DNA of 40,904 nt from a virus (lineage: Duplodnaviria; Caudoviricetes), in the IMG/VR virus record IMGVR_UViG_3300046779_001206, positions 1 to 40,904 of that record. The stretch is one strand, 5' to 3'. The notes beneath the pieces were generated by a model. That model was not told where the DNA came from. It saw nothing but the letters and a program-made list of their open reading frames with translations, and made no database searches. The translations under genes and the position numbers were made by a program. This document shows positions 8,670-17,972 of the stretch, piece by piece. Every line of letters begins with the position of its first letter. Within the stretch, counting starts at the first letter, position 1.

Positions 8670-10669
8670 TATGCGTACCTCACGCAACTACCTAATACTA
8701 TCCAGCCTGGAACAGTTGTAGTGCGAATAATAGTAAATGTCATACACATATAACTATTTGGGCTTACTGTTGGCACAGTACCACTTTGCCATGATATTGT
8801 TCTTGCTACGCCATCAATAGTTATTGAAGATACAGTGTAAGCAGTTGCGCCAGTAGCAAATATTAGAGTAGCAGTAATACTTCGCCCGTTGGATGGTGAT
8901 ATTGATGTATATGTTGTTTGACTATTGCCTCTAAAATTAACAATGATATTACTTGTTAATGGCGTAAAAATAGTGTGAACACTACTATTTAACAAGTCAT
9001 ATTGATATGTACCAGATATCTGCGATGTATTTTCGTTGACGGTTTCTACGACCATTTTTAGTTCATCTAACCTACCAATTTTAGCAGTTGGTGTGTATAG
9101 AGATTGCCCGTCAAAAGTCAAATTAGCACTAGCTGATATTACACCACCGCCATTGTATTGAATCTGTGTAGTGCCACCAGCAACTGTTGGAGCAGTAGCA
9201 GCCCATGTGCCATCACCACGTAAGAATTGTGAAGTTGAGCCGTTTTTATTAATTGATATGATGTTGCCATAAGAAACCCAACCACCAGTACCAGCTAGAA
9301 ATTGTGAACTTACGCCATTTAAATTAATAGAACTAATATTGCCTGTTGCAGCAATAGTTTGCCATGTGCCATCACCACGTAGATACTGAGTAGTGCTGCC
9401 GTTTGTGTTTAGTGCGCCTACAGTACCTACAGTTGGAACACTGATGTTAGCCCATGTGCCATCACCGCGCAACCATTGTAGTGTATTGCCACTAAAGTTA
9501 GCATTAGCTACATTACCGATCGTTAGTGAGCCACGCAATGATGTAGCTGGTGGTATAGTAAGTGTAATAGTGCCAGTTGTATTAATTGGTCCACCACTTA
9601 GAGCGAAGCCTAAGCCACTGCCAGCAACATCTACTTGTGTAACTGTACCAGTGCCAGTGCCAGTAATTGGACCCCATGAACCATCACCCTTTAAGTAATG
9701 TGATGCTGTGCCGCTGAAATTAGTAAGCGCAACGTTACCTAAGCCAAGATTAGTTCGCAGTGTTTGCGCTGTTGGCATGTTTAGCGTAATAGTGCCGCTT
9801 GAAGTAATTGCGCCGCCAGTAAGAGTAAAGCCTAGTGTGCCACTTTGAGTTGTAGATACACTAGTAACTGTTCCCGTGCTACTTGGAGTAAATGATTGCC
9901 ATGTGCCATCGCCACGTAGATATGTGGTAGTTGTGTTTACTGTTGGGAAGTTAGCATAAGCTAAGGTACCTACAGTTAATGTCGTTGGCATTGCGGTCCA
10001 AGTACCGTTTGCTAATAGAACTTTGTTTGTTTCGCCAGTTAAGTTAATGTTGGCTACGTTACCAATGTTTAGTGTTGTGCGTAGATCAGTAGCAGTTGGT
10101 GTAGATAAGGTAACTGTGCCAGTAGTAGTAATTGGGCCACCAGCTAGTGAGAAGCCTAAGCCACTACCAGCAGTATTGACTTGAGTTACGCCGGTGCCAG
10201 GGCCACTAATTGTCGTCCACTGACCATCACCACGCAGATACTGAGTAGTTGAGTTGTTTAGTGATAGCTGACCTACAGTGCCTACACTAGGAATAGCAAT
10301 GTTAGCCCAAGTGCCGTCACCACGTAGCCAAGTAGTTGTTGCGCCTGTTGTGTTTAAGACACCAACTGTGCCAACAGTAGGTAAGGTAGTCCAACCACCC
10401 ACACCGTTTAGAACTGTTGTGCTAATGCCATTTAAGTTTAATGGCGCAATGTTGCCGGTTGCGATGTTGATGGTTTTCCAAGCTGTCGCACCACTTGTGC
10501 CATTTGCTGTTAGAATTTGGCCATCTACGGTTGCGCCACTGATTTTAATATTGCCAAAAGTACCAGTATGACTGATATCAATATTAGCTAGGGTTAATTT
10601 ATCAACTGTGCCGTTTACATCTGTAAAGATTACCGGTAGTTGACTTAATACGACTTGTTGATCTGACAT
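8669..10669 (-). CDS. Fibre-like protein with many LRGDGTW and GTVTxV repeats (666 aa)
   Basis: About 10 (Y/W/F)L(R/K/A)G(D/N)GxW repeats, three GxLGFxLxGG modules, AAGGA SD. Confidence 0.75.
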   Translation of the reverse strand: MSDQQVVLSQLPVIFTDVNGTVDKLTLANIDISHTGTFGNIKISGATVDGQILTANGTSGATAWKTINIATGNIAPLNLNGISTTVLNGVGGWTTLPTVGTVGVLNTTGATTTWLRGDGTWANIAIPSVGTVGQLSLNNSTTQYLRGDGQWTTISGPGTGVTQVNTAGSGLGFSLAGGPITTTGTVTLSTPTATDLRTTLNIGNVANINLTGETNKVLLANGTWTAMPTTLTVGTLAYANFPTVNTTTTYLRGDGTWQSFTPSSTGTVTSVSTTQSGTLGFTLTGGAITSSGTITLNMPTAQTLRTNLGLGNVALTNFSGTASHYLKGDGSWGPITGTGTGTVTQVDVAGSGLGFALSGGPINTTGTITLTIPPATSLRGSLTIGNVANANFSGNTLQWLRGDGTWANISVPTVGTVGALNTNGSTTQYLRGDGTWQTIAATGNISSINLNGVSSQFLAGTGGWVSYGNIISINKNGSTSQFLRGDGTWAATAPTVAGGTTQIQYNGGGVISASANLTFDGQSLYTPTAKIGRLDELKMVVETVNENTSQISGTYQYDLLNSSVHTIFTPLTSNIIVNFRGNSQTTYTSISPSNGRSITATLIFATGATAYTVSSITIDGVARTISWQSGTVPTVSPNSYMCMTFTIIRTTTVPGWIVLGSCVRYA

Positions 10670-10685
10670 TATTTTTCCTTATTGA

Positions 10686-13229
10686 TTACCATGTTGATAG
10701 TGGTGAGCGTTTCCACTGGTCTGTTGCCCAACAGTAGTAGATATAGTTTTGGTCAAACGCTACTTGACCTGTGGTGCCTGTGGAGGTTGAGGTTGCGGGG
10801 ACATTTTGTGTATACATAATAATTTTTGTATTAGCACCACCACCAATACGAATAGTAGCATCCGCAGCAGGCGCGATGTAGACGTTACTATTAGCGGAAC
10901 CACCGGCGATGTTGACGTTACTATTAGCGGCGTTAGTGGCAATAGACACGTTACTATATTCTAACGTCATCATGGTTCTAACACCATTAGCAACGTTACT
11001 AGATGGTGAGAAGATGATTGATTGTGATAGGAGCCCGCCATCTACTGTAGGTAAACCAGTTACACGAGCACCAAAAGATGCGGAAAGTTGTGGAAACCCA
11101 GTAATGCCACCAATAGTCCCGGTGCCATTAGCGGTCAACATTGGAAACGCTACTACTGCAGTATCACCAACTTGAACCGGTAGTGGGTTAGCTACAGTGC
11201 CACGAATACGACCGGCGTTGAACGCTCCACTAGCGGTATTACTAACTCTAAAGAATGTTGCTGGTCCAACCGCACTGCTTTCACTCATAACAATCATACT
11301 GTTGCCATCATAGTTGAACTTTGCGCTACCATCAAGTGTGCCGTTATTATTGAACTGAACGTGAGTATTACTGCCACCTGGAACATTAGCAATGCTATTA
11401 ACTACAAAATCTTCAGTAGCTACTGAGCTATTGCCAAAGTTAATGCCGCTGCCACTTTGTGAAATTGGAATATCGCCAATAGTTAGTGAGTTAGGGCCAA
11501 CATACACGTGACGGAATCGCTTAGTAGAACTACCAAGATCGTATGTGTTATCATTCAATGGCTCAATGTGGCCTTCAACTGTTACATTATCTAGCAATGA
11601 TGTAGTGCCCTGAACAGTAAAATTGTTATTAGCAACATCATATGTCATGTTAGCAGTAGCGCCCATGACACCAGCATCGTTAAACTGAATTTGTGTGTTT
11701 GCGCCAGCAACTGCGTTAATCACACCAAATGTGCCATTACCGCGTAGATATGTAGAACCATTACCGTTAAAGTTAGCATTAGCTACGTTGCCGATTGTTA
11801 GTGAACCACGTAGGGCACTGGCTGTTGGTGTAGCAAGTGTAACTGTGCCAATGCTTGTAATTGGTCCACCACTTAGAGAGAAACCTAAACCACTGCCAGC
11901 AGTAGATACTTGAGTTACACTACCACCGCCACCTGTGCCACCAGCACTAGCAGTCGCAATAATGTCAATAGCTTCGCCAGTTCGCAAGTTACCAATCCAA
12001 GTAATAGTACCAGTAGTAGTGTTTAGTGTAAACTGAGTGTTGTCAATCAACGCACCGTTACGGAACACGCTCATGTAATCTGAACTTGGATATTGCTTTA
12101 GCAAATTATTTTGGAATGTTTGGCCGACACCATTAGCAGTAATGTCCCATTGAATACGTGGGATAGAAGCGTAGTTAGTTACGTTGACCCAGCTTAATGA
12201 ACCACTATTATCACTAGTTAATACACTATTTTGTGTAGCGCCACCAATCTTTAGATTAGAAACGTTATTAACTGTAACAACGGTACCATCACTAGTCATA
12301 CTGGTAATAGCGCCTAAGCCACCATTGTTGTTGTATTGTAATTGACTATGAATACCGGCTGGCTGAGCGCCAGTTGTAGGTGTTACCCAACTACCATCGC
12401 CACGCAAGAAGTGCGCAGGATTGTTGTCGTAGTTGGTATTAGCAATAGTACCAGTTGGAACTGCGATGTTTGTCCAGTTGCCATCACCACGCAAATATTG
12501 AGTTACGTTGCCGTTTAAGTCAATGTTACCAATGTTACCACCAGGGACCACTAGTTCAGCAAATGTGCCGTCGCCACGTAGCCAGTGATTAACACTGCCA
12601 TCTAAGTTAAGTGCGCCAACACTACCAACACTAGGGTGAGTTACATCACTCCATGTGCCATCGCCATGTAACACGTTAGTTGTAATGCCATTTAAGTTTA
12701 AGGCAGCAATACTGCCCATTGCTTTAGCGCCAGTTGATGTAGCGCCTACTGTTAGGGTGTCACCAGCAAATAAGAATGGCTTAACTGTTAGTAAGTTATG
12801 CTCAATGGTGTAGTCGCTGGTATCAATTAGAATACCGTTGCGAAATACTTGTGCGTATGTACCATCAGCAAATAGGTCTAGTTCGCTATGAGCAAATTGT
12901 TGATTTAAACCATTAGCAGGAACTGTAAACTTGATTTGTGGCTGAGCACGAGTAACTGGGTCTTTGAATGTAAGATTGCCGGTATCTGTTACCGTTAAGA
13001 TTTGTCCAGGAACACCACCGTTGATTTTAACATTAGCAACGTTGCCTAGAGTTAGAACACCATCTTCATATGCGGTGCCAGTGACGCCTTCTAAGTTACC
13101 GTTTTTATTGTATTGTAATTCACCAACATTGCCCTCGGCCGTGTTTGTGCTTGTTGTGTCAATAGGGCCTGTATTGCCCTGTGTGCCCCACAAGGTAGGG
13201 AAAAGATTGTTATTGAATATTGATGCCAT
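10686..13229 (-). CDS. Fibre-like virion protein (847 aa)
   Basis: LRGDGxW, (L/I/V)Q(Y/F)N, VFRNGxLID (x2) and YDLGSSTKRFR motifs typical of phage fibre proteins. Confidence 0.75.
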   Translation of the reverse strand: MASIFNNNLFPTLWGTQGNTGPIDTTSTNTAEGNVGELQYNKNGNLEGVTGTAYEDGVLTLGNVANVKINGGVPGQILTVTDTGNLTFKDPVTRAQPQIKFTVPANGLNQQFAHSELDLFADGTYAQVFRNGILIDTSDYTIEHNLLTVKPFLFAGDTLTVGATSTGAKAMGSIAALNLNGITTNVLHGDGTWSDVTHPSVGSVGALNLDGSVNHWLRGDGTFAELVVPGGNIGNIDLNGNVTQYLRGDGNWTNIAVPTGTIANTNYDNNPAHFLRGDGSWVTPTTGAQPAGIHSQLQYNNNGGLGAITSMTSDGTVVTVNNVSNLKIGGATQNSVLTSDNSGSLSWVNVTNYASIPRIQWDITANGVGQTFQNNLLKQYPSSDYMSVFRNGALIDNTQFTLNTTTGTITWIGNLRTGEAIDIIATASAGGTGGGGSVTQVSTAGSGLGFSLSGGPITSIGTVTLATPTASALRGSLTIGNVANANFNGNGSTYLRGNGTFGVINAVAGANTQIQFNDAGVMGATANMTYDVANNNFTVQGTTSLLDNVTVEGHIEPLNDNTYDLGSSTKRFRHVYVGPNSLTIGDIPISQSGSGINFGNSSVATEDFVVNSIANVPGGSNTHVQFNNNGTLDGSAKFNYDGNSMIVMSESSAVGPATFFRVSNTASGAFNAGRIRGTVANPLPVQVGDTAVVAFPMLTANGTGTIGGITGFPQLSASFGARVTGLPTVDGGLLSQSIIFSPSSNVANGVRTMMTLEYSNVSIATNAANSNVNIAGGSANSNVYIAPAADATIRIGGGANTKIIMYTQNVPATSTSTGTTGQVAFDQNYIYYCWATDQWKRSPLSTW

Positions 13230-13232
13230 ATT

Positions 13233-14291
13233 TTACCATACTACGTTTTGTGTGTAGTCACTATGACTAGTGACACCGCCCCATTCGGCACGGTCATTGA
13301 ATGATTGTAACACTTGAACTGACTTTAAGAATTCTTTTTCTACTAGTTGATAGCGCTCTAAGTCATCTAAGCCATTGTAAGCATGTTTTAGTGCCGCATA
13401 GTAGTAAGCATATGGGAAGTGCCATAGAAACCAGTTAGTGTGAACTGTCTGAACAAAACAACTTTGAACTGGTGTTTGTGTGACAGTAATACCAGGATAG
13501 GTGCCACCAATAGTCAAGGTAGCATCGCTTCCCGGATAGTCACTTGCTGTTAGAACAATGTCGCCATTTGTGTCTAACTCAGCTACCCAAGCAGTAGTGT
13601 TGTTGCCGACTAGGGTTTGGAAAGGAATACCGGTAGCAATAATCTTATTAGCTACGACACTCGCTGTGTCACCACTTGCGATTGTTACTGTTGCTACAAC
13701 TGTATCTACCGTGTTGATGGTTGACTTGAATGTGATTGTGCCACTACCAGTAGCTGTGCCACCAACTGTTAGTTTGATTTGCTGTAGTTTACTGCCGCTA
13801 GTTAGATCACCTAACTTTGGCCAGTCCGAGTAATATTCAATGCCTACTTGTGCGCCAGTAGTGCCTGGACGAACACACAGGGTTTGATTATTTGTGCCAT
13901 CAGAGGCAGTTTTGATTGTATAGAGTGGCACTGCTTGAACAACGCCATATTGTTTTCCGTATGTATTTGGATCTACATAGTCTAACCACTCATCCTGAAT
14001 GAACTGATTGTCGTATCTGTAAAAGACGCCGATTACCTCAGTTAGTGGATAAGTTAAATTCTCTAATGGGAATTGACCATCTTCATCAGGAGTAATGAAC
14101 TCCGATTTCTTCATGGTAATGATTTTTAACGGAGTAAGATCAATGTCTTCCGCCGCGTTGATGTATCCAAGCGCACTGTCATCGGTAACAATAGTGTTAC
14201 TTGAGACGTTTAAATGATATTTGATGGCTTGGATAAGGCCAGTTAGATTTTGTAACTGGCGTCTGTTTGGTAGTGGTACTCTAACGGCCAT
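13233..14291 (-). CDS. Probable head-tail adaptor (tail tubular protein A-like) with inserted beta domain
   Basis: N-terminal YINAAEDID and C-terminal TNWFLWHFPYAYYYAALKHAY..LDDLERY resemble podovirus adaptor families; located just downstream of the capsid gene. Confidence 0.65.
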   Translation of the reverse strand: MAVRVPLPNRRQLQNLTGLIQAIKYHLNVSSNTIVTDDSALGYINAAEDIDLTPLKIITMKKSEFITPDEDGQFPLENLTYPLTEVIGVFYRYDNQFIQDEWLDYVDPNTYGKQYGVVQAVPLYTIKTASDGTNNQTLCVRPGTTGAQVGIEYYSDWPKLGDLTSGSKLQQIKLTVGGTATGSGTITFKSTINTVDTVVATVTIASGDTASVVANKIIATGIPFQTLVGNNTTAWVAELDTNGDIVLTASDYPGSDATLTIGGTYPGITVTQTPVQSCFVQTVHTNWFLWHFPYAYYYAALKHAYNGLDDLERYQLVEKEFLKSVQVLQSFNDRAEWGGVTSHSDYTQNVVW

Positions 14292-14309
14292 TATGCTTTC
14301 CTTCTATTA

Positions 14310-14320
14310 TATTTATCGTT
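14310..14320 (-). promoter_or_regulatory. Putative late promoter AACGATAAATA
   Basis: Exact 11-mer also at 20930-20940 and 34082-34092; followed by AAGGA SD and ATG 14291. Confidence 0.75.
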
Positions 14321-14338
14321 ATTGGTAGGATGCGGTCT

Positions 14339-14971
14339 TCAGACGCCAACAATAATTCCGCCTGTTGACACTTGGGGCTCTGCTGGTGCTTGTTTTAAGA
14401 ATCCAAGATCAACGCCACTCATATCTACTTTAATATCGTTGAACGGGTTAGCAATACCAATGCTTTCGCTGTAAGTTGTTAGTTTATAACGTTTTGCGAA
14501 GTCGTCATTATCAATAATCCAGTTAACTTTCTTAAAATCCGAGTTTGATGGGTCAGCCCACTCACTTCCGCGAAGATCAATGTTGTATTTCATCAAAATA
14601 TACGTTTCTAACAACCAACTACTCATAAAATACTCACGGAACATGTTTTGAGTGCCAGTTGTAGCGGCATGTTTGCGATATTCGTCAAATTCCTTGCGTT
14701 TTTTAGCACAATGAGCCCAAATATTGGTGTCATCCATCCAATATGTAGTGCGAAGAATGCCATCTTCAACCTTCATAATGACTCGTAGCTGTTTTCCTTT
14801 GATGTTTGGGTCATTAAACACACTAATTGCTTGCTTAATCTTGCCTGAACGTAGGTCATCTAGCTTTTTGCGCATAGAACCGCATGTATCCAAGATATTT
14901 GCGTATAAGGCAGCCTTATTGCCTTGTTGTAGGGTAGCTTCTGCGCCTCTTACGTCATAAGTTTCACTCAT
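14339..14971 (-). CDS. Hypothetical protein (~210 aa) in head module
   Basis: Probable start MSETYDVRG at 14971, overlapping the Dps-like stop (ATGA). Confidence 0.7.
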   Translation of the reverse strand: MSETYDVRGAEATLQQGNKAALYANILDTCGSMRKKLDDLRSGKIKQAISVFNDPNIKGKQLRVIMKVEDGILRTTYWMDDTNIWAHCAKKRKEFDEYRKHAATTGTQNMFREYFMSSWLLETYILMKYNIDLRGSEWADPSNSDFKKVNWIIDNDDFAKRYKLTTYSESIGIANPFNDIKVDMSGVDLGFLKQAPAEPQVSTGGIIVGV

Positions 14972-15426
14972 TCCTGGTCTCCTTCTGCCTCTTCGCCTAC
15001 AATAGAGCGTAACATCCAGCAAAACTTCTTGTGTGCTGTCATTCTGTCTTGTGCGTAGTTAGCAAGACCGAGTTCATCGGCATGTTCAGCTTCCCGATAC
15101 AGTTTATCTAGTACCTCTAGCATGATTTCCACATTTTCATACACTATTTTTAGTAGAGTAGTGGCACTGCCGCGAGTATGTTCGTCGCCAATTTCGCTTT
15201 TAGTAATGACGGTTGCTAGGTCATCCGGCATTTTTGCTTGAATAGTGCGCAAGAACTCGGCATATGTGTCAATTTGATCTTGTGCGTCTTCGTAAATCTT
15301 GCCTAGTAGCTCGTGATCGGCAGCAAAATTACGACCTGTAGTGTTGACATGTGCGACATGTGAAGAATAGTAAAGCAAAAAGTTGGTACTAAATGCTTTT
15401 GATAGTGTTTGTTGAAGTTTGTTCAT
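14968..15426 (-). CDS. dps: Dps-like ferritin-superfamily protein
   Basis: HVAHVNTTGRNFAADHELLGKIYEDAQDQIDTYAEF follows the Dps H-x2-H(W)N..G..F...H......Y.......D..AE pattern; C-terminal HKKFCWMLRS. Confidence 0.85.
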   Translation of the reverse strand: MNKLQQTLSKAFSTNFLLYYSSHVAHVNTTGRNFAADHELLGKIYEDAQDQIDTYAEFLRTIQAKMPDDLATVITKSEIGDEHTRGSATTLLKIVYENVEIMLEVLDKLYREAEHADELGLANYAQDRMTAHKKFCWMLRSIVGEEAEGDQE

Positions 15427-15439
15427 AGTAATATTTAGT

Positions 15440-15570
15440 CATACAGGAAATGTAGGTTTAGGTAATTGGGACTACCCCAATGCCGAAGTGTCCCGCATAC
15501 CAACGAACAACCCCGTGTTATTCGTGCTTCCAAGCTACGCCATGAGCGACATTTTATGTAACTACGAAGC
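15440..15570 (-). ncRNA. Candidate structured small RNA (~130 nt)
   Basis: Lies between ATAAATA (15575-15581) and CTAAATA (15432-15438); three consecutive stems with G-U pairs in the minus sense. Confidence 0.5.
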
Positions 15571-15583
15571 AAAATATTTATCC

Positions 15584-15617
15584 AAAGAAAAAGCCCATAC
15601 TTTTTACGGTATGGGCT
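15584..15617 (-). terminator. Rho-independent terminator after capsid gene
   Basis: AGCCCATAC-CGTAAAAA-GTATGGGCT followed by TTTTCTTT. Confidence 0.85.
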
Positions 15618-15664
15618 AAGGGTCATTGACCTATTGTAGTAGCTACGCTATTACTTAGTCAATT

Positions 15665-16792
15665 TTAGACGTAAGCAGCATCTGTAACGTCATTGATCAA
15701 GTTGCGCATGATCAAGATGTCAGCTGGGTTATAGAACACAGCAGTACCTTCAGCAACTAGGGCACTAGCAGCACCGTAGATTGGCTGAGGAATGTCGTCG
15801 TTACGTGTAACTGGTGTGATGTAACCCATCTTGACGTTCTTTGGATTGAACGCAATTAGAGCGTTACTGTCACTGCCGTAAGATGTCTTCAACATCTGTT
15901 CTGTGTCAATACGTAGACGGAAACCGAAGTCAGTGATGTAGACTGTGGTTGTGTTTACGATCTCTTCTGGAGAACTCATGTTGATACGATAGATATCGTT
16001 TGAACCTTGACGGCCGATTTCTTCTGATAGAACAGCACGTAAGCCTGGGCCAACTAGAACGTTAGTTGGTGAACCACCTTGATCAAACACGTTAGCTAGT
16101 GTCTTATCAAATACTTTACGTGACCAAGCATAGTTTGTACCACCAGAGAATACGGTAGTACCGTCGTTTACTGGAGTTAGTGAACCTGTGCTTGTTAGTG
16201 TTGGTGTAACTGTGCCGCCGTTAGCAGCTTGAGCGTAAGCAACAGTGTTTTGTGTAACTGTACCAGCTGAACTGTTAACGATGTTTTGTTGACCGTATGA
16301 GAAGAAGCCGCCCATAACACGGTTAGATACGCCACCAGTAGTGATACCTTTAGCGCCACTAGCACTTAGTAGAGACAAGTTGATGTCACGACCTAGCGCA
16401 ACTGCTTCTTTCTCTTCTACTTGGTACTCGTGTTCGTCACCAGTGTTTGTTTCTTCGCGGCGTAGTGTACCTTCTGTCTCTACTGGGCCAATGAAGACTT
16501 GAGAGTAGTTGTTACGAACTGTACGTGCTGTGTTAGCAACGCCACCGTTTTGTGAGAAGTATTGGAAACCACTGTTTACGTTCAACTTAGGTGTACGTAG
16601 TGAGTCTGTTTCCCATTCATGGATACGACCGTGAATTTGAATTGGATCAATCATAGAGAGGGTTGTAGCCTCTAGACGAGAGATTAGAGTTAGTGTAGTG
16701 TCAAAACTACGTTGTTCACTGGAACCGCGACCACCAACTTGGGTGTCGCTGGTAATACCAGAGTTAAGGGATAGGGCTGATGTTGTTGCCAT
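15665..16792 (-). CDS. Major capsid protein (DUF5309 / SU10-like)
   Basis: HEWETDSL, RNNYSQVF, EYQVEEKE..LGRDINLSLL and RVMGG motifs; follows scaffold gene; terminator downstream. Confidence 0.88.
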   Translation of the reverse strand: MATTSALSLNSGITSDTQVGGRGSSEQRSFDTTLTLISRLEATTLSMIDPIQIHGRIHEWETDSLRTPKLNVNSGFQYFSQNGGVANTARTVRNNYSQVFIGPVETEGTLRREETNTGDEHEYQVEEKEAVALGRDINLSLLSASGAKGITTGGVSNRVMGGFFSYGQQNIVNSSAGTVTQNTVAYAQAANGGTVTPTLTSTGSLTPVNDGTTVFSGGTNYAWSRKVFDKTLANVFDQGGSPTNVLVGPGLRAVLSEEIGRQGSNDIYRINMSSPEEIVNTTTVYITDFGFRLRIDTEQMLKTSYGSDSNALIAFNPKNVKMGYITPVTRNDDIPQPIYGAASALVAEGTAVFYNPADILIMRNLINDVTDAAYV

Positions 16793-16804
16793 TTTTTTAC
16801 TTTC

Positions 16805-17893
16805 TTATCTATTTTGTAATTGTAATCTACGTAGTTCGCGGAGTTCTTCTGGCTTGGCTTTTGTGCCTAGTGCCTGTAACTCAGACATTCTACTAGATGA
16901 TGGACTTCCTACCGGAGTACCGCGCCCAACTAAACGTGATGAGTGCTTGATAGTCTTGGTGTTAGTCGCTACCTTCTTTTCTTTTGACTTACTATTTACA
17001 GCATTTTCATACTTCATAGCTTTGTCAATTAGCATTAGCAACTCTGCTTTAGAGTAGCTTAGTGCTGATGCTTCTTCTGAGGTGAATCCCTGATGCTCTA
17101 AGAATTTGGCGATATCGGCACGAGCCTTTTTTACGGAAGGTGCCTTTTGCTCTAAGATGGCATCTTGTGCTTTGATGAAATCAGTTTGTGCTGACTCAAT
17201 CATCTTTTGAGCTTTTGTCTTTTCCTGTTGTAGTTTTGAGTATTGTGTTTCTAAGGCGGTTTTCTCGGCGATCAACTGAGTTACTTTCTTAGTAGTACCA
17301 TCTTCAAACTTTACAACTTCTACGCCATGTTGGTGAGCAAATGCCAATGAGTTCTGAACCCATTGATATCTTTCTGCCATTGTTTGTTCTTGGTTAGTAG
17401 CTGCGCCCAAAATACGGGTCTGTTCTGCTACCAAGTTATTCTTTAGGGCTTCTACTTCTCGTTCACGTTCAGCAAGTTCTCGCAATTTTTTGTTTTGTTT
17501 GCTGTATGTTCCAACGGTCTTGTTGAACTCATCATAAGATAGGTACGTGACGTTGCCATCTTCATCATATACTGGAATTTCGTATTCTTGTAGGTCTTCT
17601 TTTGAAAGACGAATACGGCGTTCGGCAGCAGTTTCAGTAGTGGTAACTTCTTCTGTAGCGTCAGTGACGGGTTCTTCAGTGACTGTTTGGTCAACAGTGT
17701 CAGGTAGCTCAACTGGAGCTTCTTGGGCTTCGGTTGCTGGAGCTGCTACCTCTTCAGGAGGTTTGCGCATAGCACGCAATTTGGCTAGGTATTCACCCTT
17801 AGCCTTATCATCAAACATATTGGGAACGGCCAATAATGTAGCGTCTGTGACGATAGGTACATCGTTTCTTGGTTGTTCAATTACTGTAGACAT
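16805..17893 (-). CDS. Capsid scaffolding protein
   Basis: Acidic disordered N-terminus, coiled-coil middle, basic C-terminus; immediately upstream of MCP. Confidence 0.8.
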   Translation of the reverse strand: MSTVIEQPRNDVPIVTDATLLAVPNMFDDKAKGEYLAKLRAMRKPPEEVAAPATEAQEAPVELPDTVDQTVTEEPVTDATEEVTTTETAAERRIRLSKEDLQEYEIPVYDEDGNVTYLSYDEFNKTVGTYSKQNKKLRELAEREREVEALKNNLVAEQTRILGAATNQEQTMAERYQWVQNSLAFAHQHGVEVVKFEDGTTKKVTQLIAEKTALETQYSKLQQEKTKAQKMIESAQTDFIKAQDAILEQKAPSVKKARADIAKFLEHQGFTSEEASALSYSKAELLMLIDKAMKYENAVNSKSKEKKVATNTKTIKHSSRLVGRGTPVGSPSSSRMSELQALGTKAKPEELRELRRLQLQNR

Positions 17894-17972
17894 TTAGTTT
17901 TCCTTTGGTTTGTCAGCGTCTGTTACGATAGGCGACTATACTTGCTATTAGTTTAATTAGAAGTATTGAGAA

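Noticed and set aside
15435-15626. 63-aa and 66-aa ORFs, tRNA or twister ribozyme
   Set aside because: The ORFs cross a terminator and lack an SD; no cloverleaf; the GUCCCAA resemblance to twister lacks its pairing partners.
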